DNA from: Eledone cirrhosa
Lineage: Eukaryota
Assembly: GCA_964016885.1 (NCBI GenBank)
Contig: OZ024746.1
Coordinates: forward strand, 14,818,001-14,882,000
Reading direction: 5' to 3'
DNA: 64,000 nucleotides
In this document: positions 13,701 to 27,249 of the stretch, one piece after another
Position numbering within the stretch: position 1 is the stretch's first letter
How the letters are laid out: the number at the start of each line of letters is the position of its first letter
The notes under the pieces: generated by a model
Databases searched by the model: none
Seen by the model: only the letters and a program-made list of their open reading frames with translations
What the model was told of the DNA's origin: nothing
Position numbers and translations under genes: made by a program

Positions 13701-15804
13701 TCATCTCCACTGTGAGCTTCAGTGATCTGAGGTCTGTTCTCACCACCTCCGCCCATGTTTTTCGTGGTCTACCTCTACCACGTCTTCCTTCAACTGGCAT
13801 TTCCTGGCACTTCTTTACCCATCGGTCATCCTCCATGCGCATCACATGTCCATACCACCTCAGTCTCCTCTCCCGTACACTACATTCTATCTCTCTCAAC
13901 ACATTCATGCTGAGTCGTTCATGCACATTGACATTGCACATCCAATGGAGCATGCTTGCCTCATATTCTCCAGCCGTCGCATATCCTCTGCAGTTGCTGC
14001 CCATGTCTCACTACCATGCAACATCGCGCTCCTCACACAGGCATCATATAACCGGCCTTTCGTACGCAGGGAGAAACTCTTCTTCGTCAGCAGAGGAAAC
14101 AACTCCCTAAACATCTTCCAACCCGTCCTTATTCTAGATACTATGGCCTCGGAACACCCCCCTCCCATGCTAATCTGATCTCCTAAGTACCGGAAGCTAT
14201 CCACCACTTCTATAGCACCCGCCTGCATTTGAAAAATGTGTCTATCAATGTGACTTCTACTGTCTAATTTCCCTGTACATCTACTGCATACATATTTCTC
14301 CCTACCTGTTAGTTTGCTTGCTATCCCGCTACATCTCTTGTGTACCCAGGATCTGATTGTGTGCATTTTATAGAATTTATGCCAGTTCCTTTTCTGCATA
14401 TCGAACATGGCCATTTCCCTGACGGAATCAGTTTTGTCCTCTTTTCTACTCATCAACACTTTTGTCTTAGCTAGGTTCACTCTCAGTCCTCTTGCTTCCA
14501 ACTGCTGTTTCCATAGCCAGAATTTATTCTCTAGCTCCTCTACTGATTCTGCTATAAGAACCAGATCGTCAGCATAGAGAAGTTCCCATGGACAGCCAGT
14601 CTTAAACTCCTCTGTTATACCTTGGAGGACTATAATGAACAAGAGCGGGCTGAGGACCGAACCTTGCACTCCTACTTGTATCTGGAATTCCTCACTAAAC
14701 TCCATTCCTACCCTGACTTTACTGACAGTACCTCTGTACAAAGTTTGCACAAGCCATTCCTCAACACCTAGTTTCCTTAGGGACCACCAGATGACAGATC
14801 GGGGTACCCTATCAAAAGCCTTCTCTAGGTCAACAAAGGCTAAGTATAGTGGCTTATTTTTCTCTAAGAACCTCTCTTGCAATTGTCTCACCAAGAAGAG
14901 GGCATCTGTTGTACTCTTGCCAGGCACAAAACCAAACTACATCTCATCTAGTTTGACCCTTTCTCTAATTAGTTGTGCTAATATCCTTTCTGCCACTTTC
15001 ATAACCTGATCCATCAGTTTTATACCCCTATAATTGCTCCTCTCCAGAGCATCCCCTTTACCTTTGTAGCAATTTATGAGAATACTGCTGCACCAGTCTT
15101 TGGGTATGACACCACCATATATAGCCTGATTGATGATGCGTGCAACCAGTTTAGTGCCTACGTCCCCTGATGCCTTCAGCATCTCGGCAACTATTCCCGA
15201 TGGTCCAGCAGCCTTACCATTTTTAATTTCCTTAATCGCCTCTTGGACCCTATATTCGTCAATCTCAATAGCTGGTCCCTCTGTCGGATCTACTGAGGGT
15301 AATTTCTCTCTCTCCCATTCGTTCTCCACATTCATCAGTCTCTCATAATGATATTTCCAGGCCTCCTTTTTCTGATCATTCGTGACACTAAGTACACCGG
15401 CATCGTTCCGGACACATTTATCTCCAACAACATCCTGATTTGCATTGACACACTGCCTTGCAATGTGGAACACCGCACGCCTCTGATCTTCCCGTCACAG
15501 AACATTGGCAAACCTCCTACTCTCAGCCTCCCTGCGTGCTAAGTACACCTGACGTCTAGCTTCTCTCTTAGCGGCTGTATATTCTTCCCTACTCCTACCC
15601 TTTTTCGAAGCCTTCCATGCTAGTCTTTTGTCTCTAATAGCCTTATCTACTGTGCTGTTCCACCACCAGGTCACTCTCTGTCTGGTTGGAGCTCTGCTCC
15701 AGCCGCAAGTTTCATCAGTAGCCTGCAGTAAGTTGTCACGTAAGAAATTCCAGTTATTATATATATATATATATATAATATATATAATTATATATATATA
15801 TATA

Positions 15805-15836
<32 letters not shown>

Positions 15837-15852
15837 ATTATATAATTCCAGT

Positions 15853-15883
<31 letters not shown>

Positions 15884-15999
15884 ATAGTAATAATAATAAA
15901 TTTGAAGACTAAAATCCAAAGAGGGCTTGATAAGATTCAGAAGATCCTGTTAAGGGTGAAAGCAGCGATTCTTTGCTTAAACTTTAATCTGTTATTTTA

Positions 16000-16047
<48 letters not shown>

Positions 16048-16097
16048 TTGTGTAGTGTGTGTGTGTATGTATGCGTGTGTGTGTATGTTTGTATGTA

Positions 16098-16130
<33 letters not shown>

Positions 16131-17821
16131 TGTTCCACCACCACTAGAAATTGTTGTCATGTCAGTACTGAAGTTTCCATTCTGCACTATGATGGGGTGG
16201 GGTGGGGGGAGATAGGAAGGGTGATAAATATGATACGGGTGTGGTGCGAGAGAGGGAAAGGGTGTTAGTTATAACTGGTGGGAAAGACACTGCCTATGAT
16301 TTTGAAGTAATTTATAAAATAATCAAGAATTTAGAGGAATATATAGCTTTCTAATAATTAAGTTGATGTTTGGAGCATAACTTGGAAGTTCTTACATAAT
16401 ATTATGATAGATTTTAGATAAATATAAACACTTATAATAAACAGTTATTGAGCAAAACACTTCATTTCATGTTGCTACAATATACTCAGCTGAAAATGAG
16501 TTCAACAATAGCTAGGCGTTTAACCCTGTAATGGACTGGTGTTTTGTCCATAGGGAGGTCTTGTACACTCAGTCACTTAATGCCATGGAAACCGGGATAA
16601 ACACTGGCCGGATGAGTCTCTGGGCTTGAGACAGACTTTAGACTTTTTAGTGATGGATTGACAGAATTAGTAGAGCATCAGATAAAACACCATTTCAGTA
16701 TTTGTTCTGGCTCTATACATATTCTGAGTTCAAATCCCGCTGAAGTCAGTTTTACTTTCCATTGATAAAATAAAGTAGCAGTCATGTACTGCAGTTGATT
16801 TAATCAACTCTGCCCTTTCCCTCAAAATTTGGCATCTCTTGGCCATGTGCCAAAATCAGAAATCAATATAATTTTTATAATCAATATACAGTGTTTAATC
16901 TCCATTGCTATAACATTCTTCTGCCAGGAGTTGCGATCGGTAAATAGTATCAGCAATAGAGACACCAATGGAAATATTGTTTCCTTGGTCCAATTTCACA
17001 AGATCCACCCCACTCGGTAAGTGAATGAGGTCTGGGATTTTGTTCATCTTTTCCATTCCATTTTCACACGTAACCTTCTAGAATATTCCGTATTCTAAAA
17101 AGTCTCAAACTGCAATACTTTTTCTATTTATAACTTTTATGTTTTTTATTTTATTTTTTTGTAAAGCATTTTTTTTGTCTTGAAATATTCCAAGATAACA
17201 GAATAAAATTATTATTGTTCCTAAGTGTATGTAATAACTTTCTAGATAAACCCTTTAAAGAATGTTGTAGCCAAAATAGGGTGTCCAAACCCCCACCCAC
17301 CCGCCCATCCCATCAAAAACTGTAATAAATGTTTAGTTAATGTCTAGTAATTCTATTTGAACTCCTTTGTTGTTGTTAATATTTGTAATTGTTGCAAGGA
17401 ATGATGCTATATATCTTCATTGCTGTGTTGTGTATGTCGTGGTACACACCAAACTCTCGCCCTTCATCTGGTCTTACCCAGACATTTCTTAACTTGTAGG
17501 CTGTAGCTGTGCATTGCCTTATGGGAAGAGGTCGGACAGGCTGTATGCTGGCTTGCTATTTTGTGAAGGAATGGGAACTGCCTGCCGAAGACGCACTCCG
17601 CTACGTGAGGGAATTGAGGCCCGGTTCCATTCAGACTAGAGTACAAGCTGATGTGGTACGGAAATTTGAAGAAAATTTCAAAGGAGCTCGCGGTATAACA
17701 TAAAACTATGTATATATTAGATGTTAGGATTTTTCACTGATTTTTTCAAAAAAGCCCATGGGATAAACATAACGCTGTGTGCTGTTAGATGCTAGGACAC
17801 TCACACACATATGTGTATATG

Positions 17822-17904
<83 letters not shown>

Positions 17905-18367
17905 ATATATGTATATATATATATTTTTTTTTTTTACTGATTTTTCATTTTAAAAAATGAGCGAGAGAGAGAGCAAAAAATGAAAATGAGTTTTGAATAA
18001 AGATTGACCAACTTTGCCATGTAAGGCTTGACAACATATTCTGCATGCTAAGCTTGAAATTCTTTTTTTTAAAAGTCAACCCATGTTTTCCAAAAGAAAT
18101 AATAATAAAATAATACAAGACGATCTCATGTATTGATGCTCATTGGAGCTAAGTGCTTAAATAATAATAACAACAATAATAACAACAATAAAAGCCAGAA
18201 GAAAAAATATATAAAAATCTATCTAAATAAATGAAGCACTTTGATAAATATAAATCAATCTATTTTTATTTTTATTGACAAAAAAAAATGTTTGAGATGA
18301 TTTTTTTAAATTTTTTTTTTTTTTTTTTCTGATCTGTATCTATTGAATTATTTTACTTCCAGCATTC

Positions 18368-18399
<32 letters not shown>

Positions 18400-21300
18400 A
18401 TTTCTTGAGTAATATGTGTGTGGGTGGAGGGCATGTGTGCATATGCAGGATATTTGTTTCTGTTTTGAAGTTATAATTGCATGCATATATATATATGCAT
18501 ATGTAGAAATATATCTGTATGAGATGTGAATGTATGTACAAAGTATGTATATATATATATGTGTGTGTGTGTGTGTATGAGATGTGTATGTATGTATGAA
18601 GTGTGTATGTATATATACATATACATACACACACATACATATATATGTATGTATATGTGTATGAATATGTCTGTATAGAAGTGTATACATTTGTATATGT
18701 ATGTATATTCAACAGTAGATAAATTATTGTTAGGTGCAACATTAAGGCTGTGTGAATGTCAGTTAACATAAAGTTAAAATATCATCTTGCCAAAAATAAA
18801 ATTAAATTAAAAATAAACCCTGATAAAGAAATCGCTAGAAATCTAATTGTTTCTTCCTGATGTCAACATTTGAAATAGCGAAGAGAATGAAAGAAATGGG
18901 AAATGTTGAAGTAGTGATGATTGGATGAATGTAGAGAACTTGTGTAGTTCAATGATGAAGGGTCTTCTTTATATTGGTCTGAGTCATTGCTCTCTATATC
19001 ATCTTATGACCATATGATCTGAGACAATGCTCTCTAAATCATCTTATGACCCTAAATGTTACCTCATGTTGGCTCTATTCCAATTATAACTTTGTTTATT
19101 AACTACGGAAATATCTTAATATCAGAAACCTAATGAATCTAGTAAAGATTTTTAAAATATTTTTTATTTCTGAAAGAGGAATTATTTTATAAAGCTTATT
19201 GAAAAAAAAAATACTAAATAGCATTCTAAAATTTATTTTGTCAGGCTTTAAAAAAAATCTAACTTGATATTTGCTAAATGGTAAATTCTTTGGAAGTTTT
19301 GATTAATGCTGAAAGTTGTTTTATTTGAACTATTTTAACCATTTTGATACTGACTGGCTCACACTCACCCCTGGTTCTATGATACAAAGCTCCTGGTTTT
19401 AAAGTGTTTATACCTCCATCATAATTTTATGTAAGACATTTTTTGTTAGTATACGTTCCAAAACCTGTTTAATAAGGGAGAAGTTATGTTTATGATTTTC
19501 AAATCATTATTTAAATAATAAAGAATTTGAAATGATTTAACAATATAACTGAATTTTTCATTTAGTTGATGTTTGGAACATCTTTTTTTCACACTTATTC
19601 CTGAGAGGGTCGAACAGACCTTCCGGAGGGTCCCATCAGAAGCAATCATCTTCAAATGAGATTATTGATATTGATCAACTATTTTACTTGTGGTCTACTT
19701 CTGGGTTTCCCGATGGTTAACTTTGCCCCTAAAATATGTTCAGTGATTCTTTCCTCTGACATTTTACCCAATTGTCCTTTGTATCGCTTAAACTGGAGCA
19801 ACTCCCTGGTTGGAACATAACTTAAATTTTTTTTACATAAAATCCTGATAGAAAATCCATAGATAAACAGATCTACTTTAACATAAACAACTTTGTATTA
19901 TTGAACTGGGGGTAGTTTCTGGTAGTTTCATGTCAAAAGGGCTAAATGTTAACTGGTAAAATGATTTATGGGCTTCATTTTATAATTGTTATTTCTGTAA
20001 TAAATTTTAAAGTTGCTACTGTTTTGGGGATGTTGGCTTCCTGTAATTTGTTTCTTTAAAAAAAAAACACTCATGCTGAAAGAGAGAGAGAGATGAAAAA
20101 ATAATCACAAGTCTGAAATGAAACTTATTTAAAACTATAAATGACTCCACCACCTCTGAATAAGAGTTCTTCATGTTTGAAATATGAGGAAACCAATTAT
20201 TGTACTCTTTGTTGAACGCATACATAAGTATAAAGACACAGACAAACGTATAGAGACACATGCACACACAAATGTATAGAGACAAACATACATACAGAGT
20301 AACAAGCAATCATTTATCTCACACATATATATCCTCCTCTCTCTTTATCTGTGTGTGTATGTATGTGATATTATAAACACCACTAAGAGATCAAAAGAGA
20401 TATGCACACACTCTCATGTCTCCCCTCTTTCACTTTCTCTCTTTCTTATGTGTGTGTGTATGTGTACATGTTTGTGAATGTGTGTGTGTGTATGTGTGTG
20501 TAATATTATAAACATCCTTAGAAGACCATCTGATTGAAATGATATAGCTGATATCCTAGTGAAGACCTAAAAATATTCATACATAATGTATAAATCATTG
20601 TCACTCTTTTATTCACAACAAATCGTAACAACTGACTTCAAATATATATAAATATTCCCAATAAAGAAATTCCAATAATTTTTTAAATAAATTTAATTGT
20701 ACAAGTTTAGTAAATCAAAATAATATATCCAATAGCAATTATTGAGCTTGGTAAATGTCCAAAGAGAGATAGAGAACGGTGTACACAGAAATAGAGTTTC
20801 TATGATAGACAAAATTCCTTCAATGTGGTGCTCCAGTATGGCTGCAGTGTAATGAATGAAAAGTTATAGAATAAATTAATGTTAATAATTCTTGTCAAGA
20901 AGTGCAAGGGAGACAAGACGAAAATCTAAATTAATAAAAAAAAAAATGAAATGGTGTCATACAGTAAAGTAGTTGTCATCTGGTAAGTATAGGGACTACA
21001 TCAGATATGCTTCAGTCTTGTTAATATCTCATCAGTGAAGTGAAGCAGTGTCTTCTTATTTGTGCTTACCAGATTGTGAGAATGATTATGAGAATAAATG
21101 TTTTTGATTAGATGGTTTATTACCACAACACAGGGAAAATTTCCTTGGGATGCCTTCTGCATATTGGACATACAGTAAAGTGGAGATTTATAATTACTCT
21201 GGTGAGCCTAAAACATGTGTGGTTAGGTGGACTTTATTACTATCAAAGCAGTTAACAACTTTCCAAATTTCTCTCTCTCTCTCTGTACACACACACACAC

Positions 21301-21513
21301 ACACACACACACACTGTATATAGTCATGTGTAAATTCTCCCTCCCCCATTTTTACATACATTCTTGGCTCTGTACTTCACTTTCTTATAAACCTCTACAG
21401 ATGCAGTAAATAAGTCACATGCTCGTTTTTACACTGTTCTGTCTTTTTCTTCTTTGATAAAGGAAAATGGTGTGACTTATACATGAGTATATACAGTATC
21501 TCTAGCCCCTTCT

Positions 21514-21564
<51 letters not shown>

Positions 21565-21896
21565 AAAATATACATGTGCCTCTCTTTCTCTCCCTCTCTC
21601 TACATATATATATATATATATATATATAATCAAATTTTAACATCAGCAGAGAGTGCACGTTAAATGATAATGATGCTATATACATATATATATATATATA
21701 TGTATGTATATATGTGCTTTTTCTTTATTACACCATGGTTTTGCTGATTGGAGCAACACAATCACAGCCCCAGCTACCAATTAAGAAACACCATATAACA
21801 CAAATGTGTGTATATATATATATGTATATGTATGTATATATATATCCATCTTGCTTTCTTTATTAATTGAATACATACAACACAGATATATACTCT

Positions 21897-21985
<89 letters not shown>

Positions 21986-23475
21986 TCACACAGACAGATA
22001 TACTCTCTCACACACACACACACTCTGTATAAATGGGCAAGACAGTGGTGTGGTTGCTCTATAGATTTTTGGTAGTTGTATCCATTTTATTTTTCTAAAC
22101 ATTTTTTCCTTATTAAACTCTAAAGAAATGTCAATTATTTATTATCAATAAAAATTAATAAATTAAACAATTTCCTATGTTCTTTGTCAAATCCATTTTA
22201 CTGTTGGTGATATATATTTACGTTTATGTATTTATTATGTAAGATTCTTGATGTGAAATTGTGTTTTTTATTGGCAATACTGGCGACATGACCGTCCCTA
22301 AATATAACAATAAAGTTGTATATTTATATATATATATGTTATATCATCAACATCTGCGTTCTTACAGCCACTTTTTCATGCTAGTATGTATTGACTTTTT
22401 TGAAGCAATGTTTTACAGCCAGATGCTCTTCCTAATACTAGTCCTTTTAGTCACTTCTTACTACATGCAAGGATATGGTGTACCTATTCTAAACCAGATA
22501 CATACTGTTTAGAATGTTATTTATACACACACATATATCGACAGTCGATCAACAAGGTCCCAGACCGAGGAAACAATGTTTCTATTGGTTTTTCCAATTG
22601 CTAATACTACCTACTGGCTGCAAACCCAGGCAGAAGGAACAGTGTGAAATAAAGTGTATTTCTCAAGGACATAGCACATCGGGAATCAAACTCACAACCT
22701 CACAATTGCAAATCCAATCCTCTAACCACTCAGCCACGTGCCTTCACGCACGCGTGCATGTGTTTTGAACAATGGAAATAAAACAAAAGGCATATATTGA
22801 TGCTTAATCAGTTCATTCTTTTACGGTCATTTCAGAAGGTTGATTGATCATAATAAATTGATATAGTGACTAATCGATAGTGGTTATGCCACAACATATT
22901 ACTAGTCTCAATATTCCAGATCCATCTCACCATCTTCCTCAGAAATAACACATACACACACACACACATACATATATACATATATACATGGATATTTATA
23001 TATATATATATATATATATCATCATCATCATTTTATGTCGCTTTTCCCTGCTTGCAAGGGTGGGACGGGTCCTATTCAGCACAGCATCTCTCCACTTGTC
23101 ATGGTCCTTCGTCATCACCTCCATGAGCTTCAGCAATCTGAAGTCTGCTCTCACTACCTCCGCCCATGTTTTTCGTGGTCTTCCTCTACTGCGTCTTCCT
23201 TCTACTGGGATTTCTTTACCCAACGGTCATCCTCCATGCGCATCACATGTCCATACCCCATACCATCTCAGTCTTCTCTCCCACACACCACAACTTATCC
23301 CTCTTATACACAGTTTCTCTCTCAAGTCATCTATGCTTGGTCGTTCACGCACATTGACATTGCACATCCAATGGAGCATGCTTGCTTCATTTCTCTCCAG
23401 CCGTTGCATATCCTCTGTAGTTGCTGCCCATGTTTCACTACCATACAGCATCACGCATAGGCATCATATAACCGG

Positions 23476-23511
<36 letters not shown>

Positions 23512-26500
23512 CCAGCCTACTCTGTATAGTAGTTGTACTGGTGCCATGCAAAATGCACCCAGTCTACTCTGTAAGGTGTATGGTATCGAAGGTGTTAAGC
23601 AGGTCAATGGATTAAGTCTACCACTCAAGTTCTACCAGGAGTTGTGACCAGTAGATAGTATCAGCAATGGAAAGACCAATGGAAACATTGTTTCCATGGT
23701 CTGATTTGATGAGTTCCACCCAAGTGGGCCATAACTGAATTTGCAATAAAATATCTTTCTCGCAACATGTTTGATAACCATATATCTGTGTTACCTTTAT
23801 GGTACAATCAACAACAACAATTATTTCTCACATAGGCACAAGGCCAAAAATTTTGCAGGGGTGTACTTTGACCCCACTACTTGACTGGTACTTTATTTCA
23901 CCGGACCTAGAAAGACAAAAGGCAAAGTTGAGCTCAGAATATAGAAAGTCATAAATAAACACAGCGAAGCATTATGTCTGACACTCTACAGATAGCATCA
24001 ACCCACCACCCTTTGGCCTAATAATAATGGTTTCTGATTTAGGAACAAGGCTGATAAAGTAAAGTACCAATTTTTGGGGGACGGGAAAAAATGATTAAAT
24101 CAACCCTGGTACTTTACTTTATCAACCCTGTAAGGATGAAAGGCTAAGCTAACCTCAGCAGGATTTAAACTCAGAACGTAAAGGGCCGTAACTTTATGCT
24201 ACATCATGTCCAACACTCTACCGATTCTGCCAGTAATAATATTTAGTACTAATGGACAATGACAATTATTAAGAAAGTAAAATGTTGATTGAATCAAACA
24301 CCAGCAGGTTACTGGTACTGGTTGTGTCACCTGAAAGACGACTAGGGAATGTCTATAGTGATTTGACTTGTTAAAAGAAAGAAAACTTTAGATAATGTAG
24401 TCCTAGATACACAATGCCTGAATAAAAGATGGGATAGTCATTGTTGGCACACATTTGATCATAGGTCTGCTACATCAGAACTGACATGATGTTAAATAAT
24501 AACTAAAGACATGTTAAATAATGAACAATGGGATGGTCACAGCTGGAATGTCTTTGATCATAAATCTGCCCAGGTAGTGCTGAACTGAGGCTTAACAATA
24601 AGGAAAGATGCATTAGATAATGTAGTCCTAGATGGATCATGTCTGAATAAAAGACAACTAGAACATCTTTGATCATAGGTCTGCTGTATCCTGACTGACC
24701 TGGGGCTAAACAACAAAAACACAACAATAATGATTTCTAATTTAGGCACAAGGCCAAAAATTTGTGAGGAGGGGGAAAGTCTATTATATTGACCCCCAGG
24801 AAGGATGAAATGCGAGAGTTGAATTCAGAATGTAAAGAACAAGAACAAATACTTCAAACATTTTGTCCGACACTTTAATGACTCAGCCAATCAATTGTCC
24901 TCATATACTCTATAATACATCTTACATTGGTTTCTATAAATAATCGTTCCAGTTGTTTGGTAAGTGTAACTACCGGATAGTCATTGGATTATAACAGAAG
25001 TTGGTAAGAATTCTATAGACACTAGGACCCTTAAACCTCCTGATACCAATCTACCTGGAACTGGCCCTGGTTTTATGGTACAAAACTGTTTTTATTTTAA
25101 TGGGTTTCAATAAATCAACCAAGATATTTATGACTGGTGCAGCCAGCCGTTGGGATCCCACTCTAGATGTTTGACTATGTGTCCATCCAGCCATTTCAAT
25201 GTGCCTTAGAAATACTTGGTGTTGCCCATTATCCCATAACTGGTACAGCCATTTGTCGGGGTCCCACTCTTAATGTTTGACTGTGTCCATCATGGCATTT
25301 TAATGGGCCATAAAAATACTTAGCACTGTCCATTTCCTCTTGGTGTGGCTGAAAAATGTCCCAGAGCCAAAAGTAAGAGTCAGGTGAGAACCAGTGTAGT
25401 TAGCCATCCTTAATGGTGCCACTGCCAGACACAAGGTATTCCCAGTTTTGAAGTAATGTTTCTTGAAATCCTGGTTAACAGTATATCCATTATTGAAACA
25501 ACCTTTCTTCAAATCACTTCAATATTTTCAAAGGATATATTATATATATATATTTTTTTAAACCCTTCATTCTCTTTCTGATATATTTGAATCAGCTATT
25601 TACAAGGTAAGCTTTATTTTACATTCATATTTCAAACTACCATTTATTATTTATAACCAAAGAAGAGCTGTGTTACAGATATATCCATATATATCTTTTA
25701 TTCCATCTTTCTTTTTCTTCTTTTGTATTTTTTCAGTTAAAATATTAAATATTTCAGGCATCATCATCGTCATTATCATCATCATCTTCATCATCTTCAT
25801 CATTTTACATCTATTTCCTTGTTTGCATGAATTAGACATGTCACTCTCTGAGGCTAGACATGTCAGATGACTGTCTCACTCATACCTTCCATTTTGGCAA
25901 TGGTTTCTATAGTTGGATGTCATTTCTAACACCAACCACTTTACAGCATGTACTGGGAGTTTTTTTTTTATCATGGCACCACCACTTGATAGGGTGGACT
26001 GGAGGATCTTTATTGTGGCACTAGCACTACCAGTTTACAGAGTGTACAGGGTGTATTTTATTGTGGGACCAGGACTAACACTTGACAGTGTGGTCTGGGT
26101 GTATTTTATTGTGGAACCAGCACGGCCACCTGACAGTGTGGTCTGGGTGTATTTTATTGTGGGACCAGCATGGCCACTTGACAGTGTGGTCTGGGTGTAT
26201 TTTATTGTGGGACCAGGACTATCACTTTACTGTGTGGACTGATACATGTTGCTTGCCAAAGGAAGTGACCTGCAATGGAGAAGGAAGGGCAGCGAGGTGG
26301 GAGGGATGCAGCTTTAAAGAGTTTGTTATTCTACTGATTGTTTTTCTGAGTAAATATTCTATGAAATATCTGGAAATATTGTGTTATACAGGGTTGCCTA
26401 TGGACCATTTGGTAATGAGAGATCTCCACCTAGCAGGGTGACAAGTCATATCACTAGACTGTTTCCAGGCCAGGCCCATGTCTGCCAGGTTTGTCTACAA

Positions 26501-26992
26501 AATCATTAAGAGTTAACTCTTAATGATTTTGTAGAAAATATCTAAAAATATGTTTATAGTATCATTACTAGTGGACAGATTGTTGTGAAAACTTGCAGTA
26601 TTAGAATAAATACTTTACTGATAATGAAAGGGTTAAAGATATAGGTAGTGTCTTTCATTAGAAATATTGTAATGAAAGTGTTAAAGACATTAGAAATATA
26701 GTTATGAATGGGTTAAAGGTTAACCAAATATTTTCATAGTTAATCAGTTAATAATTTGCTATATTTGTCTATTTAACAGGCTGTTGCAATCCATTGTGCT
26801 CACGGCAAGGGGAGGACAGGTACTATGATTGCTTGTTATCTGATTAAGTATCACAATCAGACAGCCAGCGAAGCCTTGAAGAACATCCGGGAGTCAAGAC
26901 CTGGATCAGTGGAGACTTTTCAACAGGAAGAACTTATCTATATGTTTGAGGATCAATATAATCAAATGAAATCACAAAAAGAAATTGAGTAA
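7760..26992 (+). CDS. DUSP23: Dual specificity protein phosphatase 23-like gene (start exon not located); shared exons 7760-7925 and 9291-9397, alternative last exons 17500-17703 or 26780-26992
   Basis: Exon 7760-7925 reads [23 protein letters not shown]... (cf. DUSP23 PPNFSWV). Exon 9291-9397 has the general-acid loop [16 protein letters not shown]. Both last exons carry HCxxGxGRTG..ACY and R..RPGS(I/V). All junctions are GT-AG with matching phases (1, then 0). Confidence 0.88.
8030..8385. repeat. Degenerate minisatellite of about 23-24 bp (TTTAGTACATGTGGTAATGAG)
   Basis: Tandem degenerate units in a DUSP23 intron. Confidence 0.8.
9778..9990. repeat. 35-bp minisatellite (CCTAGAACCAGGGGCTGTTCCAGGTAGTTTTGTAT), about 6 copies
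   Basis: Tandem units seen directly. Confidence 0.9.
11790..13270 (-). mobile_element. Degenerate RTE-clade LINE fragment
   Basis: [14 protein letters not shown] and [17 protein letters not shown] in broken frames. Confidence 0.88.
13600..15752 (-). mobile_element. 5'-truncated RTE-clade LINE with short 3' UTR and (ATG)n tail
   Basis: [54 protein letters not shown]; several frameshifts. Confidence 0.93.
17500..17703 (+). CDS. DUSP23: DUSP23-like alternative terminal exon A (catalytic P-loop HCLMGRGR)
   Basis: Acceptor cttgtag|GCT, phase 0. Reads [73 protein letters not shown] hexamers lie downstream. Confidence 0.85.
   Translation, partial: AVAVHCLMGRGRTGCMLACYFVKEWELPAEDALRYVRELRPGSIQTRVQADVVRKFEENFKGARGIT
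19335..19946. mobile_element. AT-rich MITE-like family with TTAACC(C/A)TTT...AAAGGG(T/C)TAA termini
   Basis: Imperfect terminal inverted repeats. The internal motifs CTTACATAAAATTATGATGGAAG and TTTCTAATGAAAGACAC recur at 8460-9200, 30992-31400, 46920-47770 and 58300-58700. piggyBac-like TTAA ends are inferred. Confidence 0.5.
23018..23478 (-). mobile_element. RTE LINE 3' fragment
   Basis: YGSETW...RRLRWYG...[12 protein letters not shown]; similar to the 3' end of the 13.6-kb copy; (ATG)n tail. Confidence 0.88.
26040..26240. repeat. 45-bp tandem repeat, about 4 copies
   Basis: GACAGTGTGGTCTGGGTGTATTTTATTGTGG repeated. Confidence 0.85.
26780..26992 (+). CDS. DUSP23: DUSP23-like alternative terminal exon B (catalytic P-loop HCAHGKGR)
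   Basis: Acceptor ttaacag|GCT, phase 0. Reads [70 protein letters not shown]. Not in the supplied ORF track. Confidence 0.85.
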   Translation, partial: AVAIHCAHGKGRTGTMIACYLIKYHNQTASEALKNIRESRPGSVETFQQEELIYMFEDQYNQMKSQKEIE

Positions 26993-27249
26993 CCTTTTAT
27001 TACAATTCACACCAGGTTTTATTTTTTTCAATTAACGAGAAATCATTAACAAATTTATTTAATGAGAAATCTTTTTAAAAATTTATTTAATTACTATCTT
27101 CAACAAAATTATTAGTAATGTCCCAGAAATGTTTTAATAGCTTCTTTCTACATTTAGTTTCATAAGAAGGCAGGCTTTGTGTATTTTATTTTTTCAACTT
27201 TCTTTTATTTATTTATTTATTTGTTATTATTATTATTATTGTTTAGAGC

